A DNA stretch of 64,000 nt from Methanomassiliicoccales archaeon (GTDB lineage Archaea > Thermoplasmatota > Thermoplasmata > Methanomassiliicoccales > UBA472): the NCBI GenBank assembly GCA_026394375.1, contig JAPKYJ010000013.1, positions 2,089 to 66,088 of the forward strand. The letters run 5' to 3'. Position 1 is the first letter of the stretch. Each line of letters opens with the position of its first letter. Positions 8,218-17,160 of the stretch are shown here, in pieces. Under the pieces are notes generated by a model that was given only the letters and a program-made list of their open reading frames with translations, searched no databases and was not told where the DNA came from. A program made the position numbers and the translations under genes.

Positions 8218-8856
8218 ATGAAGTTCCCGTACGGAGAGAAGGTTCTGGAGCATTTCAAGAACCCCAAGAACGTGGGCAAGATAGAGGACGCTGACGGAAA
8301 GGCCATCGTGGGAAGCCCGGCATGCGGAGACATGGTGGCGGTGTACCTGAAGATCGATCCGAACGAGAACCGGATCGTGGACGCGAAGTTCGAATCCTAT
8401 GGATGCGCTTCGAACATAGCCACCGGCTCGATCATCACCGAGCTGGCCAAAGGGAAGACCATAGAAGAGGCCAAGAAGATAAGCTGGCAACAGGCCTCGG
8501 AGGCATTGGGCGGGCTGCCGAAGATAAAGGCGCACTGCTCAGTGCTGGCCGTGGAAGGCCTCCGCGAGGCCATCACCAATTACGAGGAGAAGCACGGTCT
8601 GATCAAGGAGCGAGAGCCGACCACGGCGGAGCTGGTGAAGCGCCGCCTCAAGAACGTGATGAATCCGCTCACTGGTCTGGACATCGTTCGCGGCAACCTC
8701 ATCAAGGAAGTGAAGGTGGAGGAGGGGGTGGTCAAGATCTCGGTGGACCTGCCTGAGAGCCACATCTTCGCCAGCAACATCAAGGAAGAGGTCAACGAGC
8801 GCATCGAGACCCTGTGGGACGTGAAGAAGGTGGAGATCAGCTTCAATCCTGCTTAG
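8218..8856 (+). CDS. iscU: IscU/NifU-N Fe-S scaffold fused to a DUF59 (MIP18/SufT-like) domain
   Basis: The N-terminal part has all scaffold ligands (GSPACGDMV, SYGCASNIA, KAHCSVLA). The C-terminal ~85 aa (NPLTGLDIVRGNLIKEVKVEEGVVKISVDL...) looks like a DUF59 domain. Confidence 0.85.
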   Translation: MKFPYGEKVLEHFKNPKNVGKIEDADGKAIVGSPACGDMVAVYLKIDPNENRIVDAKFESYGCASNIATGSIITELAKGKTIEEAKKISWQQASEALGGLPKIKAHCSVLAVEGLREAITNYEEKHGLIKEREPTTAELVKRRLKNVMNPLTGLDIVRGNLIKEVKVEEGVVKISVDLPESHIFASNIKEEVNERIETLWDVKKVEISFNPA

Positions 8857-8871
8857 GTCTGATGGTTTCTC

Positions 8872-10059
8872 TCAGGCTTTCGTTCTGATCGGTCCCCTCA
8901 TCTCGAGCGCGAACACCGCCGCTCCTACTACGAGGAGGGCGGCCGCGAGACCGAACCCAGCTAGGAATGAGATCGCCCCCACCACCATGCCGGTGATCAA
9001 AGGACCGACGGAGTGTCCGATGTCCATCACCGAGCTGAGCACGCCGATGGCCGAGCCATGCGCGGACGAGCCGGCGATCTCCGTCACCAGGGCGGAGGTG
9101 GATGCGGTGACCATGGCCACTGTGAGGCCGAATGCTATGGATAGGATCGCCAGGAGCAAGATGTTCGATGTCAAGGGCATGAGGAACATGGCGACCGCGC
9201 CCAGGATCAGTCCGATGACGATCATCGGAACCCTGCCTTTCTGATCTGAGACCCGGCCCATCAGCGGCTTGAACAGAAGCATGCTCACCACCTGCACGCC
9301 CATGATAGCACCGATGTCCAAAGCATTGAATCCCAGGGACCTGGCGTAGAGGGGGAGGAAAGCCTCGAAAGCGCCCATGGCGAAGTACTGTACCCCTTCC
9401 ATAGAGGAAGTGACCATGATCTTGCGCTCCTGCACCACCTCCTTCAGGGCGGAGAGCATGGAGCCGGAGAACTTCTTCGCTTTGGCGATGGTATCACTGT
9501 CATCCCAGGGAACCAGGAGCGAAAGGGCGAGCGCGACGATGGCGGTGATGCCACAGAGGAGATATAGGGAACCGAAGCTAGCGTAGAAGATCAGGGCTCC
9601 ACCGAGGAACGGCGCGATGAAGCGCCCCGCCATGGTAAAGGAGGAATATGTCCCCAAAGCCTGACCGCGCAGGGACGAGGGGTATCGGTCCGCCACGGCG
9701 GCCATGGCCACGGGCATGAAGATGGCGGTGGCGAACCCGTGGTAGAATCTGACCGCGGCCAGCTGCCAGAGATCCGTCACGAACAGGTAGAAGAAAGGCG
9801 CTGAGGCGAAGATGAGCAGCGAGAGGGTGATGACCTTTGACCTCCCATTTCTATCGGAGTAGGCACCGGCGAAGCTGCTCACCAGAATGCCGGGTATGGG
9901 GCTGATGGCGGATATGAGGCCCACCTGCGCGTCGCTGGCGCCGATGCTCGCTGCCAGAAGCGGAAGGGCGGGGTTCTTGGACATGGTGGAGGTGAATATG
10001 GCCAGAGCTGCCACCACTCCGAGAATGATGAGGAAACGATGAGCCCTCGGATCGGACAT
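8872..10059 (-). CDS. MFS transporter
   Basis: 395 aa with about 12 hydrophobic segments. The loop motif GAYSDRNGRSK between TM2 and TM3 is typical of the major facilitator superfamily. Confidence 0.8.
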   Translation of the reverse strand: MSDPRAHRFLIILGVVAALAIFTSTMSKNPALPLLAASIGASDAQVGLISAISPIPGILVSSFAGAYSDRNGRSKVITLSLLIFASAPFFYLFVTDLWQLAAVRFYHGFATAIFMPVAMAAVADRYPSSLRGQALGTYSSFTMAGRFIAPFLGGALIFYASFGSLYLLCGITAIVALALSLLVPWDDSDTIAKAKKFSGSMLSALKEVVQERKIMVTSSMEGVQYFAMGAFEAFLPLYARSLGFNALDIGAIMGVQVVSMLLFKPLMGRVSDQKGRVPMIVIGLILGAVAMFLMPLTSNILLLAILSIAFGLTVAMVTASTSALVTEIAGSSAHGSAIGVLSSVMDIGHSVGPLITGMVVGAISFLAGFGLAAALLVVGAAVFALEMRGPIRTKA

Positions 10060-10221
10060 ACTGCGCGTCTAATCGTTCCGTTGGGATATGACGCTTTTTG
10101 TGTCTCGGTGGAATACGGCGCTATTTCGACGTCCTTCAAAAGATCAGGCCGTCGCAACACAAAACGGTTCGTTGGTCATGCAGCATGCGATGAAGCCATC
10201 GACATCGCAAGGGGCGGATGA

Positions 10222-10998
10222 TCAAGCGCGCAGGAAATCGTCGCAATAGAGCTTCTGGTTCAGCAGCACTTGTCCGGCCTTGATGGTGCTCATGAGTTCC
10301 TGGTCCTCGGGGTCGCAGATGACGGCGCTCAGGCCTGCGCCCATCAGCATGGCCAGGTAGGTGCGGTTCACCAACGGCCGGTCCTTCGTTCCGTTGGAGA
10401 CGTTGCTCAATCCGACCACCGTTCGAGGGGCAGGTTCGTTCAAGCTCTGGAACATGCGGAGGGCCTCGATGACCTTCAGTCCCTGGTCCTGGGCCGCTTT
10501 CGTCGGCAGGACCAGCGGATCGAGGTATAATCGATCCGGCATGATCTCGTGCTCCATGGCGGTGGTGATCATGAGCATGGCCATCTCCGCGCGCGAGGCA
10601 GCGTCATTGGGGACGCCGCGCTCGTCCATGGTCAAGCAAATGATGTCCGCGTTGTGCTCGCGGGCCAAGGGAAACAGCTTCTCCATCTTCGCTTTCTCCG
10701 CCGTAGTGGAGTTCATGATGGCCCGGTTCCGACAGGCCTTAAGTCCTGCCGTCATGGTCTTGATGCCCGGCGTGTCGATGCTCAGAGGAACGTCGGTCAC
10801 TTCCTGCACGGTCCTTACGAGCCATTCCATCACCGCTGGCCCGTCCTCTCTGCCTGGACCGGTGTTGATGTCCAGTGCTTGCGCTCCCTTGGCGATCTGG
10901 TTCAGCGCATGCTCCTGGATCCATTTCGCGTCCCGCTGGTCGATGGCTTTGGAGACGGAAGAGAAAAGGCCATTGATCCTCTCGCTGATGACGTACAT
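10222..10998 (-). CDS. acsE: methyltetrahydrofolate:corrinoid/iron-sulfur protein methyltransferase (MeTr)
   Basis: From internal ATG 10998, MYVISERINGLFSSVSKAIDQRD...LDINTGP...SIDTPG...NSTTAEK...YLDPLVLP...GLSNVS...LLNQKLYCDDF is colinear with Moorella AcsE as I recall it. The 49-codon track extension up to 11145 has no homologous counterpart. Confidence 0.9.
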   Translation of the reverse strand: MYVISERINGLFSSVSKAIDQRDAKWIQEHALNQIAKGAQALDINTGPGREDGPAVMEWLVRTVQEVTDVPLSIDTPGIKTMTAGLKACRNRAIMNSTTAEKAKMEKLFPLAREHNADIICLTMDERGVPNDAASRAEMAMLMITTAMEHEIMPDRLYLDPLVLPTKAAQDQGLKVIEALRMFQSLNEPAPRTVVGLSNVSNGTKDRPLVNRTYLAMLMGAGLSAVICDPEDQELMSTIKAGQVLLNQKLYCDDFLRA

Positions 10999-11315
10999 GC
11001 TCTTTCCGAGGAAGGTAACGAGCAGCGGACTAAAACGATTGTCCCTCACAAAAGCGCGAGAACAGGAGGAGAAGGCCAAGGGCAAAGGCGCCCTAGGACC
11101 GCGGAAGAACGTTGATTCGAGAACGTCCGAGAGAAGTCTGGCCATGCCTTACTTCTTCTTCGTCGCTTTCTTTTTCTTCGCGCCCGCCACCGACTTACCT
11201 CCATGGAATATACGCGCGAGCCAGCACTTAAACATATCACTCCGATTGCGAAGCGAACGCTTAGAATGGTTTATGTTCAGACGCGCAATATCCTTCCGGC
11301 ATACTGTTCTCAAGT

Positions 11316-12896
11316 ATGCCTCATGATGCGGAGGCGTTTCGTTTGGCCAGGATCGAAAGGGCGCTGATCAGCGTTTCTGACAAGACCGGATTGGTGGAGT
11401 TCGCTCGCGGCTTGAAGGACATGGGTGTGGAGATCATTTCCACGGGCGGGACAGCGGCCCTGTTGGACCGGAGCGGCATTCGCACCATCGGCATCTCCGA
11501 GATCACTGGCTGGCCCGAGATGTTGGATGGCCGCGTGAAGACCCTGCATCCCATCGTGCACGCGGGCATCCTCGCCCGGAGGGATTCCCCGGAGCACATG
11601 CTGCAGTTGGAGAAGTTGAAGATCAAGCGCATCGACATGGTCGTCGCGAACCTCTATCCTTTCAAGGAGACGGTGCTAAAGGGCGCTTCCTTGGACGAGA
11701 TCATCGAGAACATTGACATCGGTGGGCCGAGCATGATCCGGGCCGCGGCCAAGAACTACCAGGGCGTAGCGGTCGTCACCAACCCCTCCAAGTACCAACC
11801 GCTGCTGGAGGAGATGCGCGCCAACGATCGCACGCTGAAGGAGGAGACGCATGAGGCGCTCATGCTCGAGGCCCTGAGGACCACGGCGGTCTACGATTCC
11901 ATGATCTCCACCTACTTGGCCAAGGTCTTTCCATCGGAGCTTTTTCCTTCCACTTACACGCTGGGAATGGAGCGGTCCTACGATCTACGCTACGGCGAGA
12001 ACCCGCAGCAGGAGGCGGCCTTCTACGTCGATCCTTTCTCCATTGGCGTCAGCGTGGGCAGGAGCGAGAAGCTCCATGGGAAGGAGATATCGTACAACAA
12101 CATCCTGGACCTGGAGTCGGCTCTTGAACTGCTGCGGGAGTTCCCTGACAGACCCACGGCGGTGGTGATCAAGCACACCAACCCTTGCGGCATCGCCTCC
12201 GCGGATTCTCTGGCGGATGCGTTCATCACCGCTTACAATGTCGACTCGTTGGCGGCGTTCGGGTGCGTCATCGGGCTGAATCGGGAAGTGGACGTCGCCA
12301 CGGCCGAGCAGATCGCATCGCACTTCGTGGACTGCGTCATCGCACCCGAGTACTCGCCGGAGGCGCTCGTCATCCTCACCAAGAAGAAGAACATCCGCCT
12401 GCTGCGCACCGGAGCGGCCATAGTTCATGATGAAAGGCCGGAGCTGAAGATGAAGAAGGTGAAGGGCGGGCTGCTAGTACAGACCGCTGCCACGAAGCCT
12501 CTTGACCCAGGCACGCTGCGCGTGGTCACCAAGCGCTCCCCCACTGATGAGGAAACGCGGTCCATGCTCTTCGCCTGGAAGGTGTGCAAGCACGTTTGGT
12601 CCAACTCCATCATCCTAGCCAAAGGCGAGCGAGTGGTGGGCATCGGGGCGGGACAGATGAGCCGGGTGGATTCTGCCATGATCGCTGCTTACAAGGCCAA
12701 GGAGGGTGCCAGAGGGGCGGCCATGGCCTCGGACGCCTTCTTCCCCTTCAGGGATGGGATCGACGAGGCGGCCAAGGCTGGCGTCACCGCCGTCATCCAG
12801 CCTGGTGGTTCCATCCGGGATGAAGAGGTCATCAAGGCGGCGGACGAGCACGACATGGCAATGGTTTTCACAGGTGTGAGGATCTTCAGACATTGA
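11316..12896 (+). CDS. purH: bifunctional AICAR transformylase / IMP cyclohydrolase
   Basis: 526 aa. Motifs [36 protein letters not shown] and FFPFRDG are present. Confidence 0.95.
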   Translation: MPHDAEAFRLARIERALISVSDKTGLVEFARGLKDMGVEIISTGGTAALLDRSGIRTIGISEITGWPEMLDGRVKTLHPIVHAGILARRDSPEHMLQLEKLKIKRIDMVVANLYPFKETVLKGASLDEIIENIDIGGPSMIRAAAKNYQGVAVVTNPSKYQPLLEEMRANDRTLKEETHEALMLEALRTTAVYDSMISTYLAKVFPSELFPSTYTLGMERSYDLRYGENPQQEAAFYVDPFSIGVSVGRSEKLHGKEISYNNILDLESALELLREFPDRPTAVVIKHTNPCGIASADSLADAFITAYNVDSLAAFGCVIGLNREVDVATAEQIASHFVDCVIAPEYSPEALVILTKKKNIRLLRTGAAIVHDERPELKMKKVKGGLLVQTAATKPLDPGTLRVVTKRSPTDEETRSMLFAWKVCKHVWSNSIILAKGERVVGIGAGQMSRVDSAMIAAYKAKEGARGAAMASDAFFPFRDGIDEAAKAGVTAVIQPGGSIRDEEVIKAADEHDMAMVFTGVRIFRH

Positions 12897-12961
12897 GCGC
12901 TCCGCCCGCGCTCGACGAAAAAAACAATACCCCGAGCAGGAATGCTTTCTCAGGGATTCAA

Positions 12962-13411
12962 ATGGTGGGACCACAAGAGAACGAGGTCATTGAGCAATCA
13001 TTGGAGAATGTGGACGCAGCGAAGGGCATGGCGGGCTTGCAGCGCAAGTACGACGTATTTTTCACCAACAACGGGATCGCGATGCTGGTGGTGGAAGGGG
13101 CGGCCAAGGTGGGAGTGAGTGCAGGCCCAGCAACGCATTTCATAAACAAGGCCATTTCCCAGAAGCGGGCGGAGAACACACGAGTTGGATACCAAGGGAT
13201 GTCTCTGAAGGAGATGCTGGCAAAGAACGACAAGAGCGTCTACTTCCCGTACTCGGACGTGAAAAGCATCAGCTTAAAGAAGAGCTTGATGGGAGCCGCG
13301 CTCACATTCGAGGTCCCGGACAGCAAGTACAACTGCCGCTTCTCGAAAGAGCAGATGGGCTCGGCAGAGCGGGCGATCGCCGATCGCCTGGCCGCAAAGG
13401 TCGTGCAGTGA
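12962..13411 (+). CDS. hypothetical protein
   Basis: From track ORF 12893..13411. I prefer ATG 12962 over the TTG that overlaps the purH stop. I recognise no motif. Confidence 0.4.
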   Translation: MVGPQENEVIEQSLENVDAAKGMAGLQRKYDVFFTNNGIAMLVVEGAAKVGVSAGPATHFINKAISQKRAENTRVGYQGMSLKEMLAKNDKSVYFPYSDVKSISLKKSLMGAALTFEVPDSKYNCRFSKEQMGSAERAIADRLAAKVVQ

Positions 13412-13562
13412 TCTGAGGGCGCTTGGTAACTGAGGATCGAGGTGAGCTTCAGAGCAAGCCAGTGTCCTCCGGAAGAAGGTCTCAGACCCAGATGGGCGCG
13501 GGGTCGCTCATCGGGCTCAGCGTTATCTATTCCTCCAGGCAATCCGGGGGCGAGGTGAGCGG

Positions 13563-14135
13563 ATGAAGAAGTCCCTAGGCGCACGCACCCTTCTATATCC
13601 AACGCCAGTGCTAGTGATCGGAACCTATGATAAGCAGGTAAAACCCAACGCCATGACCGCAGCCTGGGGCGGCATCTGTTGCTCCGACCCTCCTTGCGTT
13701 TCGATCTCGTTGCGCAAGGCCACTTACTCCTATGGCAATATCATGGAGCAGGGCGCGTTCTCTGTGAACGTTCCATCCGAGCAGTACGTTGCGGAGGTTG
13801 ACTACTTCGGCACCGTCAGCGGTCGGGACGAGGATAAGTTCGCCGCCACCAGGCTCACCCCAGTGCGCTCGCAGCTCGTCAACGCCCCCTACATCGAGGA
13901 GTTCCCCCTGGTGCTGGAGTGCGAGATGCTGCACGCCAATGAGATAGGATTGCACACGCAATTCGTCGGCGAGATAAAGGACGTTAAGGTGCAGGAGGAG
14001 CTGGCAGAGAAGAAGGGCGATGGGCTGATCAAGATGATCCGTCCTCTCATATACGCTCCGGACGACCGCAGCTACTATGCGGTGGGAGCGCAGCTCGCAA
14101 AGGCGTTCCAGGAAGGCAACAGGTTTAAGAAATGA
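13563..14135 (+). CDS. flavin reductase-like (flavoredoxin) domain protein
   Basis: [14 protein letters not shown]...[10 protein letters not shown]...FSVNVP...GRDEDKF...PLVLECE matches the flavin-reductase-like FMN-binding fold. Confidence 0.8.
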   Translation: MKKSLGARTLLYPTPVLVIGTYDKQVKPNAMTAAWGGICCSDPPCVSISLRKATYSYGNIMEQGAFSVNVPSEQYVAEVDYFGTVSGRDEDKFAATRLTPVRSQLVNAPYIEEFPLVLECEMLHANEIGLHTQFVGEIKDVKVQEELAEKKGDGLIKMIRPLIYAPDDRSYYAVGAQLAKAFQEGNRFKK

Positions 14136-14150
14136 GACGAGAGAGCGCGT

Positions 14151-15119
14151 TCAGTGCTCGTGCTCTTCCTCGTTTGCTCCAACGGGTCGGCGGAACACGC
14201 AGACCTCGTCCTGGCAAGCTTCGTACTCAAGTTGCAGTGTGGTGTGCGAAATCCTGAACTTCTCCATCAGAAGGCGTTCGCAGTCCTTGACGATGCAAGA
14301 GCACGCGCTCACCGGCTGGTCGTTCACCTGAAGGTGCGCGCTCATGGCGTAGACGCCCGAACCCAACGTCCAAGCATGAATGTCATGCACGTCCACCACT
14401 CCGGGCACCATCTTCATCTCCTTCCTGAGCTCAGCCAGGTCCAGGTTTCCGGGCGTGAACTCCAATAGGATGTACGCGGACTGCATGACTATCCTCACAG
14501 ACCCGTACAGGATGACCACGCCGATGACCAGGCTGATGGCCGGATCGGCGATCCTCAGCCCGAAGAAGTAGATGAGCAGCGCGCTGACGATGACGCCCAC
14601 GGAAGAGAGCATGTCGCCCAGCACATGCAGGAACGCGCCCTTCACATTGAGGTTTTCCCTCGCCCCTCGACGGAGCAGGAGAGCTGCGGCCACGTTGGCC
14701 GCCAGACCGGCCACCGCCACCAGGAGCATTAGCTGGGACTCGATCTCCACCGGGTTCTGGATGCGCGCGATCGCCTCGTACATGATGATGATGGAGACGA
14801 CCCCAAGCCCCACTCCGTTGATCAGGGCCACCAGGATCTCAGCTCGCAAATAACCGAACGTCTGCTTCTCGTTGGCCATGCGCATGGCCACAACCCCCGC
14901 CCAAAGGCTGAGGGCCAGAGCGAGGACGTCCGTGAACATGTGGCCGGAATCGGAGATGAGGGCCAGGCTTCCGCTCAGGAAGCCTCCGAAGAGCTCGACC
15001 ACCGCGAACGTGAGGGTGATGGCGAGGGCGATGAGCAAGGGACGGGTGGAACGTCCGTTCCCCCTCAGTCCATCGTCGAGATGGCCATGCATCGGAAGAA
15101 ATAACACATCGCCGAGCAT
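14151..15119 (-). CDS. cation diffusion facilitator (Zn/Co/Cd efflux) transporter
   Basis: Six TM segments, HMFTDV and HVLGDM metal-site motifs, and a C-terminal cytoplasmic domain with a His-rich tail (EEEHEH). Confidence 0.9.
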   Translation of the reverse strand: MLGDVLFLPMHGHLDDGLRGNGRSTRPLLIALAITLTFAVVELFGGFLSGSLALISDSGHMFTDVLALALSLWAGVVAMRMANEKQTFGYLRAEILVALINGVGLGVVSIIIMYEAIARIQNPVEIESQLMLLVAVAGLAANVAAALLLRRGARENLNVKGAFLHVLGDMLSSVGVIVSALLIYFFGLRIADPAISLVIGVVILYGSVRIVMQSAYILLEFTPGNLDLAELRKEMKMVPGVVDVHDIHAWTLGSGVYAMSAHLQVNDQPVSACSCIVKDCERLLMEKFRISHTTLQLEYEACQDEVCVFRRPVGANEEEHEH

Positions 15120-15166
15120 AAGAGCTATTGTACTCTTGAGCCTCGTTCAACTTCCTGGCCGCTGAC

Positions 15167-15199
15167 AAGAGCATTAAGTAATGGCAGAAAAATGCTCTT
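15167..15199. promoter_or_regulatory. perfect 9-bp inverted repeat (candidate operator) bracketing the promoter of the RACo operon
   Basis: AAGAGCATT (15167-15175), a 15-nt spacer containing TAAGTAAT, then AATGCTCTT (15191-15199). It ends 7 nt before ATG 15206. Confidence 0.45.
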
Positions 15200-15205
15200 C
15201 ATCAA

Positions 15206-17071
15206 ATGAAGTTCAAGGTATGCTTCCTTCCCGATCACGTGGTGGCCGAGTTCGTTCGCGGCACCACCGTTCTCGACGCCGCCTCCAAGGCGGGAGTGGA
15301 GATCCAGTCCACCTGCGGCGGAAAGGGGGAGTGCCGCAAGTGCAAGGTGATCGTGGAAGGCGAGGCGGAGATGGCCGCCGACACCAAGCTGGACAAGGAG
15401 CTCATTGAAAAGGGCTATAGGCTCGCTTGTCAGACCTACGTCACCGGGGATATCACCGTTCATGTACCAGAGGAAGCCAGGGTGAAAGAGGGCCAGATAC
15501 TGACCACTCATTCTTCCTTCCGGCCAAAGAAGCTCGAGCCCATGACCCGCGCGCTCGAGTTGCATCTGCCCCACCCGGGCCAAAAAGACAACCTTGGCGA
15601 CCTGGAACGGCTGGCCAGAGCACTAGGCAAGGAAGCGGGTCAACTCCGACCGCCGGTCGATCTGCTGCGTCTTCTCCCCCGCAGGCTAAGAGATCTGGAC
15701 TGGAAGGTGAACGCGCTGCTGGCGGCGGATGATTTGGGCGGGGAGCTGTTGGACATCCTACCCGAAGGAAGCTGCCATCTGGGCGCCGCCCTGGACATCG
15801 GCACGACCACTGTGGTACTTTCTCTGGTGGACCTGGAGAAAGGGGACATCATCTCCACTGCTTCGGACTACAACAAGCAGATGCGCCTGGGTGACGACGT
15901 GATCACGCGCATCTCCTACGCCGAGGAGGGAGGGTTGGAGGAGCTGCGGGAGCAGGTGCTGCAGACGATCAATCAGCTCGTGCTCTCCGCCAGAGCGAAT
16001 GCGCCCAAGCTCGTGGCCGACTGCGACATCTCCGCTCTTTCGGTGGCAGGCAATACTACCATGATACATCTGTTCCTGGGCCTGGAACCGAAGCATATCC
16101 GATATGATCCCTACGTCCCGACGACCAACGTGCCTCCCCTGCTCAGAGGGAAGGACACGGGCCTGGTCATGCACCCAGAGGGTCTGGTGTACTGCATTCC
16201 GGGCAGAGCTAGCTTCGTAGGCGGGGATGTCACGGCGGACGTCATCGCCTCGGGAATGCATGGACGCTCGGAACTCGCCCTGCTCATCGACGTCGGCACC
16301 AACGGCGAGGTCGTGCTCGGCAACCAGGAGTTCTTGGTGGGTTGCTCTACCTCCGCCGGACCGGCGTTCGAAGGCGGCGAGGTGGCCTGCGGCATGCGAG
16401 CCATGAGCGGAGCCATCGAGAAGGTCTGCATAGATGAGGAGCTGGAGACGCAGCTGAGCGTCATCGGGGACGCACAGCCCTTAGGCGTGTGCGGCTCCGG
16501 TCTGATAGACCTCCTGGCGCAGATGTTCCGCTGCGGGCTGGTGGACCGCAAGGGACGCATCCAGGGTGGCAAGTGGCCCCGCGTCAGGCAGACCGAGATA
16601 GGCCCGGAATACGTGGTGGCCTTCGCCGAGCAGGGCAAGGCCAAGAAACGGGAGATTGTCATCCATGAGGACGACATCGCCAACCTCATCCGCACCAAGG
16701 CGGCGCTGTACGCAGGATGCAGCGTGCTGCTCAAGAGCGTGGACAAGGAGTTCTCGCAGCTCGACCGCGTGTACATAGCCGGCGGCTTCGGCAACTACAT
16801 CGGGATCGAGAACGCCATCCTCATCGGACTGCTGCCAGATCTGCCCCGGGACAGATTCGAGTTCATCGGCAACGGAGCATTGGCGGGCGCGGTGCAGACG
16901 CTCCTCTCAGCGGAGAAGAGACTGGAGGCTAGGCAGGTCTATGATGACATGACCTACATCGAGCTGAGCAACTCCCAGCTCTTCTTCAACGAGTTCTCCT
17001 CCGCTTCCTTCTTGCCGCATACGGACCTGGAACGCTTTCCTTCCGTGGCGAGACAGCTAGGGAAGAAGTGA
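15206..17071 (+). CDS. reductive activator of corrinoid Fe-S protein (RACo; 2Fe-2S ferredoxin + ASKHA ATPase, DUF4445)
   Basis: The N-terminus has a plant-type ferredoxin Cys pattern (STCGGKGECRKCKV...LACQT). It is followed by a ~500-aa ASKHA-like body (LDIGTTTVV..., IDVGTNGEV..., AGGFGNYI). Confidence 0.85.
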   Translation: MKFKVCFLPDHVVAEFVRGTTVLDAASKAGVEIQSTCGGKGECRKCKVIVEGEAEMAADTKLDKELIEKGYRLACQTYVTGDITVHVPEEARVKEGQILTTHSSFRPKKLEPMTRALELHLPHPGQKDNLGDLERLARALGKEAGQLRPPVDLLRLLPRRLRDLDWKVNALLAADDLGGELLDILPEGSCHLGAALDIGTTTVVLSLVDLEKGDIISTASDYNKQMRLGDDVITRISYAEEGGLEELREQVLQTINQLVLSARANAPKLVADCDISALSVAGNTTMIHLFLGLEPKHIRYDPYVPTTNVPPLLRGKDTGLVMHPEGLVYCIPGRASFVGGDVTADVIASGMHGRSELALLIDVGTNGEVVLGNQEFLVGCSTSAGPAFEGGEVACGMRAMSGAIEKVCIDEELETQLSVIGDAQPLGVCGSGLIDLLAQMFRCGLVDRKGRIQGGKWPRVRQTEIGPEYVVAFAEQGKAKKREIVIHEDDIANLIRTKAALYAGCSVLLKSVDKEFSQLDRVYIAGGFGNYIGIENAILIGLLPDLPRDRFEFIGNGALAGAVQTLLSAEKRLEARQVYDDMTYIELSNSQLFFNEFSSASFLPHTDLERFPSVARQLGKK

Positions 17072-17160
17072 TCGGTTGCGAGGTCCTAGGAGGGCTTCGC
17101 GGTCCACGTCAGGCAAAATGGCAAAGGCTTTATCAAATGCGAGCGGAATGTGCGGGAAGC

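Noticed and set aside
8854-8862. TAG stop codons followed closely by a second in-frame stop (iscU TAG-GTC-TGA; ABC ATPase 34029 TAG+3 codons TGA; PaaK-like 53875 TAG+7 codons TGA) as a hint of pyrrolysine/amber read-through
   Set aside because: The pattern is not consistent. The 59985-60689 gene has no nearby backup stop. No in-frame TAG interrupts a recognisable gene, and no pyl or methylamine methyltransferase genes are in the window.
10997-11004. Half-site AAGAGCAT of the RACo-operon inverted repeat overlapping the acsE start codon
   Set aside because: A single 8-mer is expected about twice by chance in 64 kb on both strands, and there is no partner half-site nearby.
10999-11145. 49-codon N-terminal extension of acsE
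   Set aside because: AcsE homologues start at M-x-I-I-x-E-R-I-N-G, which matches ATG 10998. The extension has no counterpart.
11147-11230. Minus-strand mini-ORF ending in a Lys-rich tail (MFKCWLARIFHGGKSVAGAKKKKATKKK) in the acsE-purH intergenic region
   Set aside because: It is only 28 codons from its ATG, has no recognisable family, and has no clear promoter or SD sequence. It cannot be supported from sequence alone.
10361-11326. 321-aa plus-strand ORF across acsE and its upstream region
   Set aside because: It is antisense to acsE, which aligns end-to-end with Moorella AcsE. Ser/Met-rich composition is typical of reverse frames.
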